Below are positions 33,332-42,840 of a stretch of DNA of 64,000 nt, piece after piece. The stretch's first letter is position 1. The number at the start of each line of letters is the position of its first letter. Both the position numbers and the translations under genes were made by a program. The notes under the pieces are model-generated. The model ran no database searches. It was given only the letters and a program-made list of their open reading frames with translations, and was not told where the DNA came from. The stretch covers positions 3,776,001 to 3,840,000 of the forward strand of contig CAWIAD010000002.1 of NCBI GenBank assembly GCA_963833985.1. The letters are read 5' to 3'. Origin of the DNA: an uncultured Planctomycetaceae bacterium. Lineage in GTDB: Bacteria > Planctomycetota > Planctomycetia > Isosphaerales > Isosphaeraceae.

Positions 33332-34237
33332 TCAGCCGCTTTGCGGCCGATGCGCGATGCCGTGGCGAATGATCGCCAGGATCTGCTCGCGCTCCTGCCC
33401 CACCAGCGGCAGCCGCGGGGCGCGCACACGCTCCGAGCCGTAACCGCACTCCTGCACTGCCAGCTTGATGTACTGCACCAGCTTCACGTGCGTGTCCAGG
33501 TGCAAGAGCGGCGTGTACCAGCGATAAACCTTCAGTGCCTCATCCCAGCGCCCGCTGGTGGCCAGGTCCCAGAGCAGCCGGTTCTCGGCGGGGAACGCAT
33601 TGACCAGCCCGGAGACCCAGCCGCTTGCCCCCAGCAGCAGGCTTTCCAGCACCAGGTCGTCCACGCCGCAGAACAGCGCGTAGCGCTCGCCGCTAACGTT
33701 CTTCAGGTCGGTGATCCGCCGCACGTTCTCGGATGATTCCTTGATGGCCACGAACTTCGCCTCGTCGGCCAGCTCGGCGAACATCTCGGGCGTGATGTCG
33801 ACGTTGTACGAGATTGGATTGTTGTAGACCATGATCGGCAGGTCGCTGGCGCCGGCCACGGTGCGGAAGTGCGTCATGGTCTCGCGCGGGTCGGACTTGT
33901 AGACCATCGCCGGCAGCACCATGAGCCCCACCACGCCGATGCTCGCGGCGTCACGCGCGAACCGGCAAGCCAGCGCCGTGCTGCACTCGGCCACGCCGCT
34001 CAGCACCGGCACGCGGCCCGCCACATGATCGACCGTGGCCTTGAGCAGCTCGAGCTTCTCGGCATACTCCAGCGAGCAATTCTCGCCCACCGTGCCGAGC
34101 ATGATCATGCCGTGGACGCCGGCGGCGATCATGGCGTCGAGATGCCTGAGCGTTCCCGGTATGTCCATCGCCTGGTCGGGATGAAACTGCGTGGTGGCCG
34201 CGGGGAACACGCCTCTCCAATGCACGGGCGCTGCCAT
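33332..34237 (-). CDS. DapA-family enzyme, probably 1-pyrroline-4-hydroxy-2-carboxylate deaminase
   Basis: GVFPA, GTVGE, YNNP and AIKESS motifs. The specific function is inferred from the hydroxyproline context. Confidence 0.8.
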   Translation of the reverse strand: MAAPVHWRGVFPAATTQFHPDQAMDIPGTLRHLDAMIAAGVHGMIMLGTVGENCSLEYAEKLELLKATVDHVAGRVPVLSGVAECSTALACRFARDAASIGVVGLMVLPAMVYKSDPRETMTHFRTVAGASDLPIMVYNNPISYNVDITPEMFAELADEAKFVAIKESSENVRRITDLKNVSGERYALFCGVDDLVLESLLLGASGWVSGLVNAFPAENRLLWDLATSGRWDEALKVYRWYTPLLHLDTHVKLVQYIKLAVQECGYGSERVRAPRLPLVGQEREQILAIIRHGIAHRPQSG

Positions 34238-34439
34238 GAGCCTGGCTCCTCAGGTCGATGTTCGAGATTGCCGACGCGGTCGAGGCGTCCTGGAGGTTTT
34301 GCGGATACGATCGATTCTACCACCGGGGCCCACCCGCCTCCACGACCCCGAGACACCACGGACAGGTTTCCCCTCGCGCGGGGCGCACGCACCGCGGTTG
34401 CGTCACGGGGCAAAACCAGGCAGCGACCGGCGTGACCGG

Positions 34440-35909
34440 TCAGATATACCCGAGCCCACTGAGACGCTCGCGGATGATTGCTTCCGCGTCTTGCTCGTCC
34501 TGGTCCGTGGTCGGTAGCTGGTGCTGCTGTGCCGGTACCAGAGGTCGGCCCTGCATCGACTCGGGAACCTCGTGGCCCGCCAGTTGCAAAAGCGTCGGCG
34601 CGATGTCCAGCAGGCTTGCCCCGGTGATCTCACCGCTCACCGCCAGACCTGGAGCCGCCAGCAAGAACGCACCACAGAACGTGGGGTTGCAGTCGTCCGG
34701 CTCGTCGTCCCGCGGCACCTCGTGGAGCCCGGCATGGCCGAGGCTGCCGGACGCGCGCCAGGCCAGGCCGCCGAACTGGACGATCAGGTCCGGCGCCAGG
34801 CCGCGCACATTTCGGTAGATCTCCTCGGGCCTGAACACTTGCGTGCCCAGCGGCTTGCCGTCCGGTCCGACCGTCGCTTGCAGCCGCGCCTGGAGCTCGT
34901 CGCGAAACGCCTCGTAGCCGGCCGGGACGATGACTCCCTGGGATTCGCGTCCGCGCACGTTCAGGAAGACCTGCGCATGGTGTCCACCGATGCACCAGGC
35001 CCGCGTCTGTTTCCAGTTTACATCCAGCTCGTCCAGGTCCGTGACCGTCTCGGGAGCACGGTTCAGCACAAGCAGTCCTTCCCGCACCAGCCACTCGTTG
35101 ATGTGGAAACGGCCCAGCATCGATTGAGAACCATGGCAGGAAACGGCGGCCAGGATGGTCTGGTCATCCAGCCGCTCCATGATCTGGCCGAGTTCGGCGT
35201 CGAGATGCGCGTAGTAGTCGGGTATGGCGGTGCGGAACGGACTGCCGGGATCATGCAGCAGGTGCCCGGGGTCGTGATCTTTGCCGAACGCTCGATGCAT
35301 CTGGTAGAGCCCGCGATCCACGAAGTGGAAATAGTCCCAGGCCTCGGTCTCCAGCAACTGTCGCGCGGCGCGAAAACGGTCGCGGCTGACGGTCGCGATG
35401 CCCTCCTGGAGCTGCCGCCGGTCCCCGAGCTGAAAACCCTTGACGAGCACGGACGGGAGCTGGACGAGACGGCGGATTTCGTCTGCAAGTGTTTCCGGGT
35501 AAGAGAAGGCCTCGAGCTTGGGATTGAGCCAGAAGTCGATGCCGACCTGCGATTTTTCGCCCGTGTCGGTGGGAAGGGAGCCCTGCGGAAGATTCAGCAC
35601 GATCGGCCGCTTGCCGAGACGGCAGAACTGACCCCAGATGGCCGGTTCCGAGTAGAGCCGCGCATCGACGACATCAGGGCACAGCTCGTACGAGCGGTCC
35701 ACTCGGTTGCGTGGTCCGTACACCCCCAGCGATCCCGGATCCTGGCTCGTCGCCAGGCACATCCAGGCGGGAAAGGGTGTGGAGGGAACCACGCTCTCGA
35801 TGCGGCCGTACACGCCGGCCGACATCAAGCAACGAATGCTGGTCAAGCTTTCGGATCCGAAGAGCAGATCGGGGTTCGCCCCGTCGATGCCAACAACCAG
35901 GATCTTCAT
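34440..35909 (-). CDS. Alkaline phosphatase superfamily protein (type I phosphodiesterase/nucleotide pyrophosphatase-like)
   Basis: KILVVGIDGA, PAWMC..T..DPG.LGVYG, FLNVRGRE, APDL, LDIAPTLL and RERLSGLGYI motifs. Confidence 0.85.
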   Translation of the reverse strand: MKILVVGIDGANPDLLFGSESLTSIRCLMSAGVYGRIESVVPSTPFPAWMCLATSQDPGSLGVYGPRNRVDRSYELCPDVVDARLYSEPAIWGQFCRLGKRPIVLNLPQGSLPTDTGEKSQVGIDFWLNPKLEAFSYPETLADEIRRLVQLPSVLVKGFQLGDRRQLQEGIATVSRDRFRAARQLLETEAWDYFHFVDRGLYQMHRAFGKDHDPGHLLHDPGSPFRTAIPDYYAHLDAELGQIMERLDDQTILAAVSCHGSQSMLGRFHINEWLVREGLLVLNRAPETVTDLDELDVNWKQTRAWCIGGHHAQVFLNVRGRESQGVIVPAGYEAFRDELQARLQATVGPDGKPLGTQVFRPEEIYRNVRGLAPDLIVQFGGLAWRASGSLGHAGLHEVPRDDEPDDCNPTFCGAFLLAAPGLAVSGEITGASLLDIAPTLLQLAGHEVPESMQGRPLVPAQQHQLPTTDQDEQDAEAIIRERLSGLGYI

Positions 35910-36092
35910 GTCGTGAGAACCTGCGAGTCCACTCAGGGCCCGGGCGCGGGCCGGAAACGCCTGCCGGCAAGGACGCAAACGAAACGCGCGACCCCCGCGA
36001 CCGGCAAGCCATCGCGGATCCCGGCCGCCCGCGAGCCGAGCCACCAGGTAGAATAAGCCATGAGCGAACGGGTTGAGAAGCCGAGAGTTGCT

Positions 36093-36179
36093 TCACGCCA
36101 GGTCAACCAGCACCGCGCCGGCAAGGATGACCCCCAGTGCCATGCCCTTGCGCCAGCCGATGGGCTCCTTCAGCAAGAG
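36093..36179 (-). pseudogene. C-terminal remnant of an EamA/DMT transporter
   Basis: Reads LLLKEPIGWRKGMALGVILAGAVLVDLA*, the typical last helix of a DMT protein. The in-frame upstream sequence is non-hydrophobic and unrelated. Confidence 0.55.
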
Positions 36180-36364
36180 AGGGCTCCCGCGCACCGGAAC
36201 GGACGTTCTTGGGAAGGACCGACGCCGGCCCGGAACACCCGTTGGCGGGCGACGGAGGTTTGACTATGATTCCTGCCACTTGAGTTCCCCTGCGCTCCAG
36301 GGATGGTCCTTCAGTCGGGGGAACCTGCCGCCGGAAGTGGTCGCTCGCGGCCAGGTCTCTGCCC

Positions 36365-39300
36365 ATGCGACGCGTGGTTCGGATCGTGATGCTCCTCGGT
36401 GTCGTTGGGGTAGCCGCAGGCATCCTGCCTCGCCGTCCGACCCCGTTCAAGCTGGCGCCGGGCTGGAAGATCGAGCTGGTTGCCGAGGCGCCGGCCATCC
36501 GCTTTCCGACGGCCATTGCCGTTGCGCCCGACGGGACGATCTACCTGGGGCAGGATCCCATGGACATGCCCGGGCCGCCAACGGTCCCGGCCGACTCCGT
36601 CGTTGCGATCAAGAACGGGCGGGTGCGGGTCTTTGCCGAGAACCTCTGGGCCGCCATGGGACTCGAGTGGGTTGAGGGCACGCTCTACGTCGTTCATGCC
36701 CCTTACCTCTCGGCGTTCCGCGACACCGACGGCGACGGCAGGGCCGATCAGCGGGTGGACCTCGTCACTGGGCTGGGGCCACCCATCCCCGGGTTCAATG
36801 GGTTGAACAACCACATTGCCTCGGGAATTCGCCTCGGGATCGACGGGTATCTCTACATCTCGATCGGAGACAAGGGCATTCCCCGAGGCGTGGGCAGGGA
36901 CGGCACGACGATCCGGCTCCACGGCGGAGGCGTCATCCGCGTGCGGCCCGACGGCAGCGGTCTGGAGGTCGTGTCGACGGGCGAGAGGAACCCCCTGTCG
37001 GTCGCCCTCAGCGATACGGACGAGATTTTCACCTACGGCAACGACGACGGCAGCAACTGGCCCAACAGCCTGACCCACCACATCGTGGGCGGGCATTACG
37101 GCTACCCCGACGAGTTCCTGGAGCATCCGGAGCGGGCACTGCCCATCATGGGAGGCCGCGTCGGCGGCGCGGGGGCCCAGGGACTGTGCTACAACGAGGA
37201 CGGCCTGGCCGAGCGCTTTCACGGCAACCTCTTCTTCTGCGACTGGGGCCGGCGCACGCTCATACGTTATGAACTGGAAAAGTGCGGAGGCACCTTCAAG
37301 GTGAAGGACCAGGAATTCGTCGTCCGCAAGGGGACGATCAACGAGTTCCGGCCGTTTTCCATAGCCGTCGGTGATGGAGGCAACTCCCTCTTCCTGGTCG
37401 ACTGGGCCTTCAGCGGGTTTCTCGTCGCCGGTCCGCAAACGGGGCGGCTGTATCGACTGACCTACACAGGCCCGGACAGCGTGCGTGCGGCGCCCCGGCC
37501 GACGGGCCCATCGGTTGCCGATCGGCTCGTGGCGCTGGATCATCCGGCACTGTCGGTCCGTCTCGCGGCTCAGCGAGCGCTGGCAGCTCAAAGCCAGGAG
37601 ACCGAGGGGCCCCTGCTGGCCAGTCTACGCGGCAGAGGTGCGCGACGTTCGCGGCTGCACGCGCTCTGGGCACTTGATGCGATTGGCACCATGGCCGCCC
37701 GGCAGGCGATCCGGGAGGCCCTGACCGATGCCGACGCCGAGATCCGCAGCCAGGCGGCCCGATCGGCCGGAATCCGCCGCGATCGGCAGCCGTCTGCGGC
37801 CCTGACCGGTCTGCTGCGGGACGCCTCTCCGATTTGCCGCCGGGCAGCGGCCATCGCGCTGGGCAGGATTGGCGATCGCGGAGTGATCTGGCCGCTCCTG
37901 GCCGCGCTTGGTGATCCGGACCCGTTCGTGGACTGGTCGATTCGCCGGGCGATTCGTGCGCTCGGAACGCCCGAGGCCGGCACGCTGGCAGACGCCCTCG
38001 TCGATCTGCGCCGCCGGGAATCGGCTCTCAGACTCTGCGACGAATGGTGGTCGGTCGTTGTAGCCAGGGCGCTCGTCATGGCGCGCGAGCGTTCGTGCGA
38101 AGCCGCCTGGCGGAGCCGGCTCGTCGCGACGCTCGCGAGCCTGTACCGCTGCTACCCGGAATGGACCGGTTACTGGTTCGGCCCCACGCCTCTGGCCGGC
38201 GAACGTCCGCGCAAAACCAGTGAATGGGAACCGGAAGGCATGACGGAAGTGTTCGAGGGTCTTGTCGCGGCCCTCGACGATCCCGCGCCTGCGGTCCGGC
38301 GCAGCGCGATCGGCGGCCTGGCGGACGTTGGCCCGCGCGCGTTGCCCCGGCTGCGAGCCGCCCTGAGGCGGGAACGCGATCCGGCGAACCTCGCCCTGCT
38401 GGTCCAGGCGATGGGACGGCTTGGCGATCGCGAGTCCGTCCCCGTGCTGAGAGGCCTGCTCAAGGATCCGCGCGGCGACGAACAGGTGCGAGCTGCCGCG
38501 CTCGATGTGATCCAGGCCGCCGGCGGGCCGAACGCCCGGGTGGTGCTGCGGGAAGTCGCCCGTGACGCGGCCGCACCCCTGCCCCTGGTGGCACGAAGCA
38601 TCTCCGCTCTCGGCCGCGAGGGATTTCTCTCCCCAGGTGAACTCGAGACGTATCTCGATCACGCTGACCCGACGATCCGTATCGCCGCGCTCACAGGGCT
38701 GGGTAGTCCCTCCACGCCGTCGATTTGCCGCGCCATCATCGGCCGGCTGGATGACCCCTGCGCCGAGGTGCGCCTGGTCGCCATCAGGAGAGCCGGCTCG
38801 CTCAAGATCCGCGCGGCCATTCCCAGGCTGCTGGAACTCTCCGGCGATGCTGCGTTTCGGGCCGAGGCGATCAGCGCCCTGGCCGCGGTTCCCGATCCGG
38901 CGGGCATGGACGTGTACCTGAAGGCCCTCGATGACCGGGCGCCCGACGTGCGACGCGCCGGCGATGCCGCATTGAACGCCATCCGTGATCTCGTCGCGGA
39001 GACCCTCAGGTCGCGAGTTCAGGGGGGCCAACTGTCGGAACAGGCCGCCCTGGCGGTGGAACGCGTCCTGGTGCAATTTCAGCCGGTCACCGAATGGAGG
39101 GTGATCGGCCCCTTCCCCAGCAACATGGGCCGGCCCTTTGCCAATCCGGATGCAATCGATTTCACCGGAAGCCACGTCGGCGCCCTGGGCCGCGTGATCG
39201 CCTGGACTGAAAGGCAAGGTGAGACGGCAACCGGGCGAGTCGTGATCGACGACCTGAAATCTCATGCAGGCGGTCGAGCGGATTCGGGATTCGACCAGCG

Positions 39301-40066
39301 CGTGTCGGCCGACCTGGCGGCCGTGGGCGTCGCCAACCTCGGCTCTGATGAGGATCGCTCGGCCTTGTTGCTGGCCGGTTCCAGCGGCACGATCACCATC
39401 ACCGTGAACGGATCGGTCGTCCTGCACACCGACAGCAACGCCGGCCGGGTGTACGCTCCCAGCTCGGATACCGCCCGGATCACGCTCAGAAAGGGATCGA
39501 ACCGGATCATGGTGCAGTCCCGGCAGGGCATCGGCGCCTGGTCATTCAGCGTCCAGGTCTCGGACAGGAGCGACCCCGGAGTTGTGATGCGAAGCGCCCC
39601 GAAGACCAGGGAATCGCTGCGCACTTATGCCCGCTCTCATGCGGGCGTCGCCATCCGCGGCGAAGCCCTCTTCTTTGACCCGAACGGGATTGGCTGCGTG
39701 AAGTGCCACACCGCTGGACGCCGCGGCTCGGCGCGCATCGGCCCGGACCTCTCCGGCTTGTCGCTCAAGTACGACCGAGAGGAGATCGTCCGCTCAGTCC
39801 TCGAGCCTTCCAGTCGCATCGCCAGCGGCTACCAGCCAGTGCTCATCGCCCGGACGGACGGCACCGTCTTGACCGGCCTGGTTCGCGGCGAGACCGCCAC
39901 CGACATCGAGCTGGTCGGCCCGGATCTGAAGCCCGTCCGCGTCTCCCTGGCCGACATCGACGAGCGGCGGACCGCGGATACCTCGCTCATGCCCGCCGGG
40001 CTCGTCGATGCCCTGTCGCCCGATGAATTTGCCGACCTGATCGCTTTTCTGGAATCGCTCAGATAG
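36365..40066 (+). CDS. PVC-type membrane-bound dehydrogenase/heme-binding protein (beta-propeller, HEAT repeats, cytochrome c)
   Basis: WKIELVAEAP, DTDGDGRAD, GIDGYLYISIGD, HEAT repeats, CVKCH..IGPDLS..SVLEPS..SLMPAG..DLIAFL. Confidence 0.9.
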   Translation: MRRVVRIVMLLGVVGVAAGILPRRPTPFKLAPGWKIELVAEAPAIRFPTAIAVAPDGTIYLGQDPMDMPGPPTVPADSVVAIKNGRVRVFAENLWAAMGLEWVEGTLYVVHAPYLSAFRDTDGDGRADQRVDLVTGLGPPIPGFNGLNNHIASGIRLGIDGYLYISIGDKGIPRGVGRDGTTIRLHGGGVIRVRPDGSGLEVVSTGERNPLSVALSDTDEIFTYGNDDGSNWPNSLTHHIVGGHYGYPDEFLEHPERALPIMGGRVGGAGAQGLCYNEDGLAERFHGNLFFCDWGRRTLIRYELEKCGGTFKVKDQEFVVRKGTINEFRPFSIAVGDGGNSLFLVDWAFSGFLVAGPQTGRLYRLTYTGPDSVRAAPRPTGPSVADRLVALDHPALSVRLAAQRALAAQSQETEGPLLASLRGRGARRSRLHALWALDAIGTMAARQAIREALTDADAEIRSQAARSAGIRRDRQPSAALTGLLRDASPICRRAAAIALGRIGDRGVIWPLLAALGDPDPFVDWSIRRAIRALGTPEAGTLADALVDLRRRESALRLCDEWWSVVVARALVMARERSCEAAWRSRLVATLASLYRCYPEWTGYWFGPTPLAGERPRKTSEWEPEGMTEVFEGLVAALDDPAPAVRRSAIGGLADVGPRALPRLRAALRRERDPANLALLVQAMGRLGDRESVPVLRGLLKDPRGDEQVRAAALDVIQAAGGPNARVVLREVARDAAAPLPLVARSISALGREGFLSPGELETYLDHADPTIRIAALTGLGSPSTPSICRAIIGRLDDPCAEVRLVAIRRAGSLKIRAAIPRLLELSGDAAFRAEAISALAAVPDPAGMDVYLKALDDRAPDVRRAGDAALNAIRDLVAETLRSRVQGGQLSEQAALAVERVLVQFQPVTEWRVIGPFPSNMGRPFANPDAIDFTGSHVGALGRVIAWTERQGETATGRVVIDDLKSHAGGRADSGFDQRVSADLAAVGVANLGSDEDRSALLLAGSSGTITITVNGSVVLHTDSNAGRVYAPSSDTARITLRKGSNRIMVQSRQGIGAWSFSVQVSDRSDPGVVMRSAPKTRESLRTYARSHAGVAIRGEALFFDPNGIGCVKCHTAGRRGSARIGPDLSGLSLKYDREEIVRSVLEPSSRIASGYQPVLIARTDGTVLTGLVRGETATDIELVGPDLKPVRVSLADIDERRTADTSLMPAGLVDALSPDEFADLIAFLESLR

Positions 40067-40520
40067 CGAACTGGTCGGTCTGGCGACCCGGCCATGGGCC
40101 GGTGCAACTCCGTCATGACGCCTGGGTTTTTTTGTGTGCGTCCGCTGAACCCCGTTCCGATCGGCGGCTCGGCTCAGCCGCCGCCACGGGGACGGTGCGC
40201 TGACATCGGGGTAGGATCGCAAACGGACAAAAACCAACGCTCGGTGCTGACCGTCGGTTCAGTAGTGTGCCCTCGGCATCGACTGAGGGACGAACGGACT
40301 TCTCAAGCGATGGGCGGGGTCAGCTAGAATCAACGACTGGTCCTCGGTGTGCATTCCTCCCTCGTGCACCGGGGGACTCGCCCTGCCGACGGGCCGGGAC
40401 TCTCGGCGACCCAGCCCGATCGCCAGGACTTGTCTCCTCTTGGGAAAAAGTTGGAGCAATCATCCTCCCCGGGCCCATTATCACCAGATGCCGAGACAAA
40501 CCGTCCGGGAGGAATGACGG

Positions 40521-42374
40521 ATGAAGGATGGTCAGCGGGCCTTTCTCCGATACATCGAGGCGCTCTTCGATGGGGGGGCGGTCGCAGAGCAGACCGATCG
40601 CCAGCTGCTCCAGGTGTTCACCGGCGGCGACCGGATGGCCGCCGAGCTGGCCTTCACGGTCCTGGTGAAGCGGCATGGCCCGATGGTCTACCGGGCCTGC
40701 CAGGCGATCCTCTCCGATCCGCACGCGGCCGAGGATGCATTCCAGGCGACCTTCCTTGTCTTGGCCCGCAAGGCGGGGGGGCTGTGGGTCCGCGGCTCGC
40801 TGGGGCCATGGCTCCTGTCCGTCGCACATCACGTCGCCCGCTGCGCCCGCGGAGGCGCGTCCCGACAGCGCGCCCACGAGCGGAGGGCCGCCGCGCTGGC
40901 GATGCCGACCGTCCGTGACGAGGCGTGGGATGATCGCGATGCCATCCTCCATGAGGAATTGCGCCGTCTGCCGGAGAGGTACCGCGCCGTGGCCATCCTC
41001 TGCGACTTGGAGGGATTGACGCAGAAGCAGGCGGCAGACCGGCTCGGCTGGCCTGACGGGACGGTCCGCAGCCGTCTGGCGCGGGCGCGGGACCGCTTGC
41101 GCGAACGCTTGACCCGGCGGGGTATGGCCCCCGCTGTCATCCCAGCGGCGCCGAGACCGTCGATCGATCAGCCGTCGGCGGCGCTGGTGCAGAGCATCGT
41201 GCAGGCCGCCCTCCGGCCCGTCTCGGGTCAGGTGCTCGGCTCAATGGAGGCGGCCGAAGTGGTTCCGGATCCTGTCGCGACCTTGGCAGAGAAAGGGATG
41301 AGGACCATGTGGCTCGCCCGATGGAAGACGCTCGCAGGCGCCCTGGTGATCCTCGGCGTCAGTACCGCCCTGGTACGGGCCTTCGCCCAGAAGCCGAAGG
41401 ACCCCGCCAGGCCGGGGGTGGCCGAGGCACAAGCCGCGGGCGCCGCGCTGCCGGCGGTCGAGGAGGGCCGGGTCACCGACACCCGTCCCGCCACCCCGCG
41501 CGTCCTTCCCGTCGCCGAGGGCGGCGTCCGGGCCGTGGCCTTCGACCCGGAGGGCCGCATCGCCGCCGGTTACGCCTTCAGCTTCCCAGCCGGCGGCCGC
41601 CCCGACCATGGCGGCGTCGTGGTCTTCGACGCGCGCGGCGAGCGGCTCCGCCACGCGCCACTGAAGCTCAAGGAGGACGAGGGCCCCGTCGTGAGCGTGG
41701 CCTTCGGCCCGGAGGGCCACATCGCCGTCGGTTACGACGACCGTATCGGTGGTGGCGGCGTGATGATCTTCGACCGAGACGGCGTTGGCGACGAGGTGAT
41801 CTTCGACCGCGCCGGCGAACGGTTCCGGCCGGGGACGCTGGACGTCAAGGAGGGCGTCGTCAAGAGCATGGCCTTCGGCCCGGAGGGCCGCATCGCCGCC
41901 AGTTATGCCAGCGGCGCTGGCTGCGGCGTGGTGCTCTTCGACGCGCGCGGCGAGCGGCTCCGCCCGGCGCCGCTGAAGGTCGATGAGGGCGAGGTCTGGG
42001 GCGTGGCCTTCGGCCTGGAGGGCCGCATCGCCGTCACTTACTCCCACGGCTTCGAGCGCGGCGGTGTGGTGCTCTTCGACGTGCGCGGCGAGCGGCTCCG
42101 CAACGCGCCGCTGAAGGTCGAGCAGGGCGAGGGCATGATCAGGGGCGTGGCGTTCGGCCCGGAGGGCCGCATAGCCGTCGGTTACGTCGGCCGCCGCCCC
42201 GACCCCAGCGGCGTCGTGCTCTTCGACGCGCGCGGCGAGCGGGTCCGCCCGGCGCCGCTGAAGGTCGATGAGGGCGAGGTCTGGGGCGTGGCCTTCGGCC
42301 TGGAGGGCCGCATCGCCGCGGGATACGAGGACACCCGCGGCAGCGGCGGTGTGGTGCTGTTCGACGCACCATGA
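40521..42374 (+). CDS. ECF sigma factor with TM helix and C-terminal six-repeat WD40-like propeller
   Basis: Region 2 ([21 protein letters not shown]), region 4 ([22 protein letters not shown]), a TM helix ([15 protein letters not shown]), and six VAF(G/D)(P/L)EG(R/H)IA..Y..GGVV.FD repeats. Confidence 0.9.
   Translation: MKDGQRAFLRYIEALFDGGAVAEQTDRQLLQVFTGGDRMAAELAFTVLVKRHGPMVYRACQAILSDPHAAEDAFQATFLVLARKAGGLWVRGSLGPWLLSVAHHVARCARGGASRQRAHERRAAALAMPTVRDEAWDDRDAILHEELRRLPERYRAVAILCDLEGLTQKQAADRLGWPDGTVRSRLARARDRLRERLTRRGMAPAVIPAAPRPSIDQPSAALVQSIVQAALRPVSGQVLGSMEAAEVVPDPVATLAEKGMRTMWLARWKTLAGALVILGVSTALVRAFAQKPKDPARPGVAEAQAAGAALPAVEEGRVTDTRPATPRVLPVAEGGVRAVAFDPEGRIAAGYAFSFPAGGRPDHGGVVVFDARGERLRHAPLKLKEDEGPVVSVAFGPEGHIAVGYDDRIGGGGVMIFDRDGVGDEVIFDRAGERFRPGTLDVKEGVVKSMAFGPEGRIAASYASGAGCGVVLFDARGERLRPAPLKVDEGEVWGVAFGLEGRIAVTYSHGFERGGVVLFDVRGERLRNAPLKVEQGEGMIRGVAFGPEGRIAVGYVGRRPDPSGVVLFDARGERVRPAPLKVDEGEVWGVAFGLEGRIAAGYEDTRGSGGVVLFDAP
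41931..42318 (+). repeat. 103-bp direct repeat (41931-42033 and 42216-42318), one mismatch
   Basis: Direct comparison of the two copies. Offset is 285 bp, equal to two propeller blades. Confidence 0.9.
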
Positions 42375-42380
42375 GACCTT

Positions 42381-42758
42381 TTATCCGCACCATGCGGATC
42401 TGCTGGCAGATCGCGCACACCAGAACCGACGCTCACCACGCTCGAACAGCCCGACGACGCGCACGAGGGTCCGGGGATCGAAGCCGGCTGAGACGCGCAC
42501 CGATCGTCCGTTGGCGAGGACGAACTCGATGCCGACCGGGGACGGCTCGGTCGTCTCGGCGAGAACATGCACGGGGAGGAAGGCGGACTGAGGCTGGTCT
42601 CGTCGCCCCAGTTCTCTGCACCACCGGTAGAACGTCATCGGGTTGAGGCTCTCAGCCCCGCAGAACGCCCGGACGGATAGACCACTTCGCTTCCAACGGG
42701 CGATGGCCTGCCGCCAGTACGGCACGCGGCTCGGTCGCCCGCGTACGGTCTTGGCCAT
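42381..42758 (-). CDS. tnpA: IS66 accessory protein TnpA (HTH)
   Basis: WRQAIARWKRSGLSVRAFC...FYRW, FLPVHV and IEFVLANGRSVRV..GFD motifs. No tnpB or tnpC follows. Confidence 0.85.
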   Translation of the reverse strand: MAKTVRGRPSRVPYWRQAIARWKRSGLSVRAFCGAESLNPMTFYRWCRELGRRDQPQSAFLPVHVLAETTEPSPVGIEFVLANGRSVRVSAGFDPRTLVRVVGLFERGERRFWCARSASRSAWCG

Positions 42759-42840
42759 GGTACACCCCCTCTCGGCCGTGCCGTGATCGTGGCATGGGCC
42801 GCAAGAAGGGGGTCACCGAACGCACACGTTTTTTTTGAGG

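Larger units (their letters stand above)
40134..42827 (-). mobile_element. IS66-derived non-autonomous element carrying an ECF sigma factor
   Basis: Terminal inverted repeats GTGTGCGTCCGCTGAACCCC (from 40134) and GTGTGCGTTCGGTGACCCCC (reverse strand from 42827), 17/20 identical. 8-bp direct repeat GTTTTTTT at 40126-33 and 42828-35. tnpA starts about 70 bp inside the right-hand end. Confidence 0.85.

Noticed and set aside
40160..40225. Possible tnpC 3' remnant next to the left inverted repeat
   Set aside because: Only a few residues (LP-DV..AH) fit, and they need frame changes. Too weak to call.
41500..42370. CRISPR array or DGR template/variable repeat pair
   Set aside because: The repeats are in-frame protein repeats. 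The one mismatch between the 103-bp copies is C/G rather than adenine-specific, and there is no reverse transcriptase or cas gene in the window.
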